A DNA stretch of 63,240 bases, filler included, from Octopus bimaculoides (taxonomy: Eukaryota): the NCBI RefSeq assembly GCF_001194135.2. It is 12 parts of 10 records of this genome, joined end to end, with 100 filler letters (N's around TTAATTAATTAA, not from the genome) between each part and the next. Parts side by side here need not be neighbours in the genome. Positions count along the whole stretch, not along the records: positions 10,881 to 27,040 come from NC_068984.1; 11 more parts are not named here. The stretch is one strand, 5' to 3'. Below are positions 11,314 through 23,500 of the stretch, piece by piece. The position numbers and the translations under genes were made by a program. The notes under the pieces are model-generated. The model saw only the letters and a list, made by a program, of their open reading frames with translations, had not been told where the DNA came from and searched no databases. Each line of letters begins with the position of its first letter. Position 1 is the first letter of the stretch.

Positions 11314-11492
11314 AAAGGAAACGGGTATCATTTGGATTTATTTATTGTTGCAATTTGTATAGCTATTTGTTCATTACTTGGATTGCCTTGGTATGTGGCA
11401 GCTACTGTGTCAGCTTTGGCACACATCATGAGTCTGAAACGAGAATCAGAATGTACAGCTCCAGGTGAAAGACCAGCATTCCTTGGTGTGAG
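11314..11492 (+). CDS. SLC4: SLC4 exon: [59 protein letters not shown](R)
   Basis: Acceptor ttcttcttttcag at 11313 and donor gtaaac at 11493; 179 nt, phase 0 to 2. Confidence 0.96.
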
Positions 11493-12856
11493 GTAAACTT
11501 ATTTGGCAATAATTCCCTATATTGTTTTATTTGATAAATATAGATGCTCACTTGGGCTTAATATTTGAGATTACAAATGAAACAAGAAGTATTGTGACAT
11601 TTCAGTCCAACAGTTGAAATTAGAGAGAACGTACAGTTATAAAACAGTTTCTTTCAACATAAATATAAGTAAACATTCCATTTCCATTCTGTGAGAGGCT
11701 TTGTCTCAGGCTTTAAATTTATCTTCTTTAAGACATAAACATTTATTCCATTGTTTGAAGTTTTATATTACTATTTGTTGATGCCATTTCACAATACATG
11801 TTGAACCTCTTTAATTCATTATTTTCTTGTTCGGCAACTCCTATAGTCCAGCACGTTTTGAATCTGCCACCATCAGTTTGTGAATTTGCCACTAGGGCAG
11901 TACTGTTAGGCTCCAGACTTATTTATATTTACCCTGGAACATCAGCTGAGTGCTTGGACACAGTCCTGTTAATTTCACGTATAATGTTACATAGAAGGTT
12001 CTTTCAGTGGTATCTTAAGAATCAGCTTCTATAGTTCAGAATTTTCTGTCATCTGTCACTGGCCAGTTCCCAAGGTTACCAGATATCTGTTGACAATCAG
12101 TAGTTTCCTTGAATTCTACTCAACATTTTTTTATAAACAAATATATAGTTTGCAGACTTAATACACTGCTGCTTTAATGACCTTTGATCTGATTGAACTT
12201 GCCTGCACTTATAAAGCTACTCAATACTCACAGCCAACATGTCCTAAGTTTCAGAATCCATTTTGTAAAACTTTTCTTCTTTGAAATTGGGTCCCTTTTG
12301 AAATATCACTTTACACATTCTACTAACCTGTTGGAAAGTTGAATGACTGAATTGAGGAAGAGGTCAGTGAGTTATAAAATCAACAGCAGTGTATCCATTG
12401 TGTTTAAGTCACTGAACTCTCAAATGACTGTCTGTATGTCCAACGAACAGAAAATAGATACTATTCAGTAGAACATTACTTGTCGTCACTATAAATTGTA
12501 GTTGCAGTAGCACTGTAAAATATTATTATTTTGTTTGCTTTCAATGTTGAGTTCAGTGTTTTTCCCACTGTAAAATTGTCTGCGTTAGACTGGTATCTTA
12601 TCCAGGAGAGATTTTCTTTCATTTACCTAACACTATGGAAACTGAAGATAAACACCACTCATTTGACTGGTAATCTGCAATAATTGAAAGTGAATATTAT
12701 ATCTATTTAATATCTTTTTATTGTATATGGAACTAGCTGTGACTAAAATGTTGGGGTGTTTAATGTCAGTAAATATTTTTTATGGGTTTAAATGACATTA
12801 GCTTTCATTCTGCATTTAATTCTTCAAGAGCAATAAAAATAAGTGCCTGTAATTCA

Positions 12857-12889
<33 letters not shown>

Positions 12890-15769
12890 GTTTAACGTCC
12901 GCTTTCCATGCTACCATGGGTTAAATAATATAATTCATTAAATAAATATATCAAATGAAATTGAGCTAATATTGGTTTCGAATTTTGGCACAAGGTCAGC
13001 AAGTTCACGAGGAGGGTCTGAGTTGATTATATCGACCCCAGTGCTTCAGTGGTACTTATTTTATCGACCTCAAAAGGATGAAAGGCAAAATCGACCTTGG
13101 TGACATTTGAACTCTGGATGCCGAGGTGGACAAAATACTGCTAAACATTTTGCCCAGTGTGCTAACGATTCTACCAGCTCACAGCCTTAAGTTGAGCTGA
13201 TATGAAATCCTCTGTGTGGTTGCTTAATTAGTTAGAAACAACAGCCAAATTGCTCTCTAACCACACTCTAACTTAATAATGTAAAAGCACACATTAAATA
13301 ATGTAATTTAAAATATTTCTAAATAGGCGACGTGGCAATAGTTACTATGTCTTTGGCGAAAATTTGTTTGATCAAGGCTGATTTAGAACTGTTGGAAAGA
13401 CATTGGATGAGAGTGGCCAAGTGGAAGATGGTATGGCATACCTACATAGTTGTGCCCCACACACTCTGTATCAGAATTTAATAATTTTTTTTTTTTCTAA
13501 TTGTTAAAAGCACCCATATGCATACAGACACACGTCACGTATTTTTTGTCAAAATTTCAGGTTTCGTTTTGTAGCTATGTAATATGTGTCAGTATGTATG
13601 AGTGTGCGGTTACCAATTACTTTATTTCATTTTATTCCTACGCCACTTGAAAGGTATTTTGTAGAAAATTTCACTTAAAGATACTAATTTTTTTTCCTGA
13701 AAGTTAACGGGAGAAAAAATCGACTCGTGTGAATTATTCGTAGCTTACTCCTACTCAAACTTCGAAAAAATTTTCACATTGAATTTCCATATAAACGTAA
13801 TCTACACCATCTGAAAGGCATTTGTTGAAAATTTCATTCAAATATCCATTTTCCTGAAAGGAAACAAAGTTGAGATGGGGCAATGCTTATCGAAGTATAC
13901 TTATACTACAATTTGTTGTTGGCACTCCGTCGCTTACGACGTCGAGGGTTCCAGTTGATCCGATCAACAGAACAGCCTGCTCGTGAGCTTAACGTGCAAG
14001 TGGCTGAGCACTCCACAGACACGTGTACCCTTAATGTAGTTCTCTGGGATATTCAGCGTGACACAGTGTAACAAGGCTGACCCTTTGAAATACAGGTACT
14101 ATACTACAATAGCAAATGCTATTAATACAAAGGAGTCACAACTCCTTTATAAGGGGAGAACACTCTAAATTTCATACGCTTTTTCTTTCGTAAATTTCCA
14201 TTCAATGATTATTATGATTTTTCCTACATAGTTGCACTTAGTCACAATAACAGCAATTATTACACATTTCCACTTGACCGTCTCTGAATTTATGCTAATT
14301 TATTGGTAGTATGCTCGAATGACTTCACATGACTTTCCCAGTAATAGAATCATTCATCAGATGTTTCATAATTTTTACAAATTCAATACGTGCCAAATAC
14401 TCTTTCTTCCGTTTGTAACTAAATATATATCAAATTATGCTAAGCTTATATTATTTTTGCTATGAATTCTCTAATTTAGAGTGATTTTTAGTTCTTATCC
14501 TCCCTATAAACCTGTCTACATAATGTGTGTATACGTGCGCGCGCACACATACATACACAATGTATGCCTATGCAGAAACATGCACACACGCGTGCACTTG
14601 CACTAATCTTCTGCACACTTTTTATGTAGCAAATTCCATTCACAAGATAATTGGTCAACCAAGGCTATAGTGGAAGACACTTGTTCAAAGTACTGCAGGC
14701 TGGGATCAAACTCAGATCATTGTTATCGTGTAGCAAACATCCAAACCATTCCCCATGACTATTAAGTCGGAAGTCAGTTTCTTTTATTTCTAGCTTCAAA
14801 TCTTGCTGTAGATGTGCGACAGTCAGACGGTAGACTGGTACTAGATGCTTTATGGATGCAGTGAGGATAAATGATTAAGAAGCTTGCTTTGCAACTAAGT
14901 AGTTTCCGGTTCAGTCTTACTATATGACACCTTAGACAAGTGTCTTCTACTATAGCTGCAGGCTGACTAAAGCCTGCGAGTGAATTTGGTAGATGAACAC
15001 TGTGTGGAAACCCATTGTATATGTGTGTGTGTGTGTATGTACATGCGTGCACATGCACTAGTGTGTTTTTGTGTTCGCCCACCACCACTGCTCAACAACC
15101 GGTGTTGGTTTGCTTATGTCCTCATAACTTAGCACTTCAGCAAAAGAAACCAATATAATAAGTACCAGATTTTAAAAAATTGAGCACTGTGGGGTTGATC
15201 TGTCCAGCTAAAAGAACCTTCTTGCTCAAATCAATGATCAAAGACAATCCACACATAACCATGCCATCTTATTTTTGGACAGTTTATTTTCAGTTTTTTT
15301 TTTTTTTAAGACAGAAGAGTGTGATTGGAATGAAATTTTGTTTGTTAGCTCATGAGAATATGTGTTTAATGTATTGGTTAAGTGTAGGTTAACATACTTT
15401 ATGTAGTGCACCAAAAGTAACTTTTAGTCAATTGAAATTATACTCATAATGAAGGGGAAAATCACTGGCATTAAGAATATTTTTTAAGAGAGGTAAGACA
15501 GAACTTTGAAAGTGAAATTCATTAAAGATTTAATGGTCTTTGATATGTATGATGACAACCCTGGGCATGATTTGGTCTTACCAAGCCTTCTTATTGAAGT
15601 TAAATCCAACATATATTTTTTAAATGATCATAGAATGACTTTGAGAGGGTGTAGACTTTTGGTGGTGATAAGGTCATTGACTGATTAGGCAATTTAAAAG
15701 ACTTCAAACTTTTACTTTGAAACCAGACTATACAACACACAAATGTTAATTTCTTTCACTCAGCTACAT

Positions 15770-15800
<31 letters not shown>

Positions 15801-18800
15801 ATGAAACTTTGCTCTTAGCTCTTTTTTTTTCTTTGTTTTCTTTCTTAACAGAGAACAACGTGTGACTGCATTGATGGTTGGTCTTCTGAGTGGTCTCTCT
15901 GTCCTGTTTACTTCTGTACTCAGTGTGAGTATTTTCCACTTAATCTAATTTCATTAGGTTCAGAATAAATATGATTATCAGTTTGTGAATTTTAATTATT
16001 GTAATTGCTAATATTCTGAGTCTGCACTGAAAATTTATATGATTTAAAAAAAAATTTTCGCAGGTAATTCCAATGGCAGTTCTTTATGGAGTCTTCCTGT
16101 ACATGGGAGTGGCAGCCTTGAAAGGAATGCAGGTAAGGTACATCAGTATTTATGTGTGTTGGCTAGATGTTTCATTGCTAAAAATCTATAAACTTATTTC
16201 ACTACTTAAAAGATCAAAAGGATAAAAGAAGCAAATCTCTTTTTAAACTCTGTTGCATTCATATTTTTAATTTAATACATTGTATTTGTAATAGCATGAA
16301 ATATCAGTATGTTGTATATACACAAGCACATTCGCGCAAATACATTATACATGCATGTTCACATACACGTGTTGTAGTGAAAGACAGAAATAATGGAAAG
16401 AGAGAGAGAGCAGTGGGATAGAGAGAGAGAGTGGGAAAAGTTTTAATTTATTGTGTATTGCTTTAACCTGTGCATTTTTCTTGAGCTACGATTTTGTAAT
16501 TTTAATTTGAATACAACAAATATTCTAGATTTTAGCCTACAGAAGGCTGATTCAGCAATAATAATTATATGAAACCATTTCTTTTTTAAGACAGTATGTG
16601 ATATAAGAAATATTGCTGCCATTTCTAACAGGTCATTTTGACATGTAAAAGCATAGATGGAGAAGCTTTTCAGTATCAGGAATTAATTCCAAGTGCTTCA
16701 GAACCTATTGAGATGCATCCGTCCTGTGAGAAAAGATGATGCTTTAATGTTTACAAATTTTACAAATTGGTGTATAACTTATAATATTAAATTATTGTTT
16801 TAGTGTTAGGGCTTAAGCCATTTTTTTTTACTGTATTTATTTTTAGATATTTTGTTAGTGGGTAGTTTCAAATTTCAATGCAAACAAAATTTTGTCTATA
16901 GATGAGGGTTTCTAGACCCTAATGAAGAAGTTGATAAATTATTCTTGTTTCTGACATGTGCATGTATGTGTGTGCTTCAGGAATACATAAGAATTTATAT
17001 CCAATTGCTTTCTGAAAGTTTAAATACAGTTAATTAAAATGAAAAACAATTTAAATATAAGCAAACAGGCAGTCACATGCTATTCCTAATACTACATCCA
17101 ATAAAATCCAATATTGCTCAAGACAAAGAGGGAACATCTAAACTTCTACAAAGTGCTATGCCCTGCTAGAATTAAGAGCCGAATTTTCCTTAAATAGCAC
17201 TTCACATACACTGCTAAATATTCTTGGGAAAATCTGGGATATTATAGCTGCAAAATATCTGTGTAAGAAATGAAGTTACCTCTGTGAAAAAATACCTCTT
17301 TGCTGAGGTCAGCTTTGCCTTGCATCCTTCCAAGGTGATAAGAATAAAGTACCAGTCAAGTACTAGTTACTTGACTGGTACTTAATTTGATCAACTAACT
17401 CCACCTCCAAATTTCAAGCCTTGTCTCTATGATAGGATTGTCATTATTTTAAGTACCAGTTGTTATTGGTGATTAGTTTAACTCAAGCGTTCTAGTTGTG
17501 ACCATCATGTCTTTTCATAGAATATCTAACATTTTACCGGGCAATATGTGCTTTCCTTTTCTTAAGGCAATAGGATGTAATTTGAGGGATATTTGGCTGC
17601 TATTTCTCTGAGTCTGAATGATGACATAGAAGGTCCCTTGCTGGCTCAGAAGTTCCAGTAAATACATAGGTTGAGTACTTCTTGTGCTCACATAGAAAAT
17701 ATTGTCATACAAAAATAATTTAGATTTTGAACTTGATTTTTGTCTTTCATCAATAAAGTTTTTACCAGTAATAGTCACATAGTTTTGTGGTTAAGAAGCT
17801 TGCTGTGTATCCACACAGTTTTGGATGCAGTTTTACTGTGTGGAACACAGAGCAAGTGCCTTCTAATACAGCCCCAGGAGAAACAACGTCTTGTGAATTT
17901 GGTGGACAGAAACTGTATGGAAGCTCACCAGTGTGTGTGTGTCTTTGTTTTTATGTTCTCTCATATCATTTGACTGCTGCTCTTGGTTTGTTTATGCACC
18001 CCATAACTTAGCAGTTCAGCATAAGAGAACAACAAATTACACTAGCAGACTTAAAATATGAACTACAATCCACTGATGTCTTTCATAGCCCACTTTGTTT
18101 TCTCCCCACATGTCATCTAGGAGGAGAATTTTCTTCAGAGACTATTGTTGTAGCTGTAGGTCTTCTCATGTCCAAACATACTTGAACATATAAAATATGA
18201 CTTTACATGAATATTAAAAAAAAAAAAGATTAATTGCTGTTTCTAATTAGATTTATTTTATTTTTATTTTTCAGTATGTGGATCGGTTTTTGTTGCTGTT
18301 CATGCCAACCAAGTACCAACCTGATCATATATATCTACGCCATGTGCCTACCAAAACAGTTCATTTGTTTACTCTTTGTCAAACTCTGTGCTTAGTTGTA
18401 TTGTGGGTGATCAAGACAATCAAATCAGTTTCCATTGTTTTTCCTATCATGGTAAATTTGTTTTTTTAATAATTCAATTGAAATTTGCTTTTAAATTCTT
18501 TGTTTCTTAATACATATTTTACATTAACTTTTCTATACTAGCATAAAATGAAGATTAATTGGTTTTTATAGCAAAACAACCAAACAGTAACAGAAGAGGA
18601 ACTTGTATTATATCATTCATACGAATTGAGCAAGCAGAGTAATGTGCTTTGCTTGTGGACACAACTGGGGAAAATCAGGGTAATGTACCAAACCCAAGAA
18701 CACTATTAAAGCAAATAAGGGACTCAAATAGGGCAAACAGAATAATGTGTCTACCTTAGGAATGCAGCCAGGACAGATGGAATAGTGTAACTTGATTTAA

Positions 18801-20356
18801 GATATAACAAGAGCAAGCAATCATGTGTCTTCCTTGTTTTTTACAAGAGGAACAAGTATGGCAATGTGCCTTTCTTGAAGTCCCACCATTCTAATAGCAT
18901 GATTATAGCAGTAGCAGTAATGACTATGTGGAGACAAAAGTGCGTATGTATATACACTCACAAACACACACATGTAATGCATATTTGTATATATTTACAA
19001 TGACTTCTGTAAAGTTTCCTCCTTGCAAAATTTCACTTAAAAAGCATGGGTTACCTTGAGGCTAGAGTAGAAGACACTTACCCAAGGTTTCATGCAATGG
19101 GATTGAACACAAAATTATGTGATAGCACAGCAAACTTCTTAACTACAGACATGCTAACATCTCGCTCTCTCTGTAAGCATATATATATATATGAGAAATC
19201 TGATAGCACTTCATCTCCATGTATGATTGCTTATACAAATGTATGTGTGAATGACAAGCAGCAACTGTTAAAAAGGCATATGTATTTACATTTACACAGG
19301 CATCTATACATACATCATCATCATCATCGTCATTTAACGTCCACTTTCCATGCTGGCATAGGTTGGATGGTTTGACTGAGGGCTGGCTCCAATTTTATCT
19401 GCCAAAGTTTCTACAGCTGGATGCCCTTCCTAATGCTAACCACTCCGAGATTGTAGTGGGTGCTTTCTATGTGCCGTCGGCATGAGGGCCAGTCAGGCAG
19501 TACTAGCATCAAGCACACTTAAATAGCGCCTCTTACATGTCACTGGAACCAGACCAGTCAGTTGGCACTGGCAATGACCGGACTCAAATGGTACTTTTTA
19601 TGTGCTACCAGCACAGGAGCCAGTCAGGCTGCACAGGCATTGACCATGCTCAAATGGTGCTTTTTACATGCCAATTAGGTAGTACTGTCATCGGCCAACA
19701 CAATGACTTCATTTGACTCAACAGGTCTTTGCAAGTGTAGTTTATTGCCCAATGATTGAAGGGTACTCTTAAATCGGCCAGTTATGTTGCACTGGCATAG
19801 GCCACAGTTACGGTCTCACTTGGCTTGCCAGGTCTTCTCAAGCACAGCATATCTCCAAAGGTCTCAGTCACTTGTCATTGTGCTTCACCACCTCATCCCA
19901 TGTCTTCCTGGGTCTACCTCTTCCACAGGTTCCCTCTACTGCTTGGGTGTGACACTTTTTCACACAGCTGTCCTCATCCATACATAACACATGACCATAC
20001 CAGTGCAGTCGTCTGTCTTGCACACCACATCTGATGCTTCTTATGTGCAACTTTTCTCTCAGGGCACTTACACTCTGTCGTGTATGCACACTGACATTAC
20101 ACATCCAGCAGAGCATACTAGCTTCAGCCAAAGGTCACGTGACAGTAAATCAAAACTATTTAATTCCAAGATTTATTAATGTTTAGCAACTGAATAAATT
20201 TAATAAAAGCAACTAAATATGAAACATCATGAAAATTGCTCAAACTGAAGTCCTTCTTGAGCGACACATTTTTCCATTTGAGTCAATTACAGAACTACAG
20301 ATAGTATTTATGCAGTTTTAATTTACTGTCGGGTGACTTTTGGCCAAACCTGTATG

Positions 20357-20401
<45 letters not shown>

Positions 20402-20403
20402 CC

Positions 20404-20459
<56 letters not shown>

Positions 20460-20460
20460 C

Positions 20461-20504
<44 letters not shown>

Positions 20505-23500
20505 GCACACACACAATTTAAAACTTTTTTGCTAACCATTTTGTTTTTCTTGTTTGTATTTAAAAGGTGTTAGCAACATGTTTTGTTCGCAAAGCTCTGG
20601 ATTATGTATTCACCCAAAGAGAACTAAAATGGTTGGATGACATTATGCCAGATGCATCAACCCGAGAAAAAGAAGACCGGGAAATTATGAATAGTGAAGA
20701 AGCTGAAGAAGTAAGTTTCTATTTTAATTAGGAAAAGATATTTGATTTTTATTCTTCAGCTACAAAATTAAATTGCAAGGTTATTTCAGCAATGAGGATG
20801 ATGATGATGATGATCATCATCATCATTGTTTAACGTCCACATTCCATGCTGGCATGGTTTAAACAGTTTGCCGGAAGACTGGCAATCCAGGAGGCTGCAC
20901 CAGGCTCCAATCTGATATGGCTAGGTTTCCACAGCTGGATGCCCTTCCTAATGTCAACCACTCTGAGAGTGTAGTGGGTGCTTTTTACATGCCACCAGCA
21001 CAAGGGCCAGTCAGGAGGCACAGGCATCAACCATGCTCAAATGGTACTTTTTATGTGCCACCAGCATGGGTGCCAATCAGGTAGCACTGGCATCAGCCAT
21101 GACTATGATTTCACTTGACTCAACAGGTCGTCTTAAGTACAGCATATTGCCCGACAGTTAAATATTTATCAAAAAATAGAATTGGTATTCACAGCAAGTT
21201 CTATTGCCTCAGTGAACTTGACATATCTCAATGAAAAATTGTTCGAAATAACATAACTCAGCAAAAGATAGATTGATATATAAAACTGCTTTGAAATTTA
21301 ATGTGTAAAAGGGTCAACAATAATCTTTTGTTTTTTTCACATTCAGTTTTTGACATCAGAGTCATTAATATGAATTGATTTATCCTTTAAAGCTATGTGT
21401 CTTCTTTAACCCTTTAGTATTCAGATTAATATGTCAAATTTAATGCTTATTTACTCAAATTCTTTTAAAGACATCATGCATTATCTCATTGCTTTGGAAT
21501 TTCAATGATGTGATTGTTTATTTCACAACCATCGGAGCCTTAAGCACTCATCAAGAAGGCACGTTTGTGAGATGGTTGTGAGATATAAACAGTTTTAAAT
21601 AGGAACCAGAAAGAGAAGTATGAACTTGCAATGCACGTGTGCTCACTGAATTCATAAAACAAGAGAAAAAATAAAAATGCAATGTGCATATCAAAGTAAA
21701 ATGGAGGCAGAGAATAAAACAAGTTATATGATGGTCTGAATGCTATGTCTGATACCACTGTCATGCAGCTTTGCTGCCATTTTCTTGTTTATTAGAATGA
21801 CATTGTCAACCAGATGAGAGGCTGGATCTAGCCAGTTTGATCATAAAACAGATAGAATATTTAGGCTGGATATGGCCAGTTTAAAAGCTAAAGGATTAAT
21901 ATTCTATTCTAAGCAGTGTTATTTCTTACTGTTATTGTTTAACCCCAGGTTAACACTGGTCGAACAAATCCTTATTTGCTTTTATCTTCTATTACATTTT
22001 TATGAACAACAGTGTCATTAGTTACATGTTTGCAATTACCAATTTGCTAGTTTGCTACATTTCTGGCAATGAACATTTGTTACTCACTGCAGAACAAACG
22101 TCACAAGAAACTTAGCTTGAAGATCACTTTTTTGTTTGTTTGCTTTTCATGTTCAATGCTTCACACATGCATACACCATAACATTAGGGACATACTTATA
22201 TATGTGTGTGTATGTGTGTGCATGTATACATATATGAACAACAAGGACAAATACAAGTATATCGAATACCATACAAAATAAATTGTTCATTTAATTAAAA
22301 TTATCTCTGCCGCCAGGGAATGTGTCATAATTACCAAATAGCAATTAAAACCAGCACCATATGAGAAGGGGAGGTAATTTAAAGAATCAAGAATTCTTCA
22401 AAGTTTATATACCTTTGAGAAAAAGGACAAGTTTAATGTCTGAAGATAAGAGGACAGCTGTGGTCACATATTACTACCTCAAAAAGTGTCATCTGCACAA
22501 CAATTGTCCATCCTTATCTCCAGTAGCCAGGGAACTTTGGCATATACAAAAAGAGTGATTTCATCATCATAATCATCTTTTAACGTCTGTTTTCCACGCT
22601 GGCATGGATTGGATGGTTTGACTGAGGTCTGGAGAGCCAGTGGCTGCACCAGGCTCCAATCTGATCTGGCAAGGTTTCCACAGCTGGATGCCCTTCCTAA
22701 TGCCAACCACTCCAAGAGTGTAGTGGGTGATTTTTACATGCCGCCAGCAGAGTAGCCAGTCAGGCAGGCCTGGCATCGATGACATTTGGATAGTGCTTTT
22801 GACGTGCCACCGGCATGGAGCCAGTCAGTGGGTACTGGCATTGGCCATGTTCAGATGGTGCTTTTTACATGCCACCAGCATGGCAGCCAATCAAGAGGCA
22901 CTGGCCACAGCTCTGATATTGGTTTTATTTGACTCAGTGGGTCTTCTCAGACATATCATATCACCCGACACATTAGGGGTACTCTTAACTGGGCCAGACA
23001 TGCATGGCTGCAATCTCACTTTAGTTGCCGGGCCTTCTCAATCACAGAATATCTCCAAAGATCTCGGTCTCCTGTCATTAACTCTGTGAGGCCCAATGTT
23101 CAAAGGTCATGCTTCACCACCTCATCCCATGTCTTCCTGGGTCTATCTCTTCCACAGGTTCCACAGTTAGGGAGTGGTACTTCCTCACACAGCTGTCCTC
23201 ATCCATATGTAACACATGATCATATCAGCACAGTTGTCTCTCTTGCACACCACATTTGATACTTCTTATGCCCAACTTTCCTATCAGGGTGCTTACACTC
23301 TGTCATGTATACACACTGACATTACACATCCAGTGGATCATACTAGCTTCATTCCTTTCAAGCCTATGGATGTCCTCAACAGTCATGGCCCATGTTACAC
23401 TGCCGTGTAGCATAGCAGTTCACACACATACATCATACAGTCTACCTTTCATCCTGAGTGAGAGGCCCTTAGTTGCCAGCAGAGGTAGAAGCTCCCTGAA

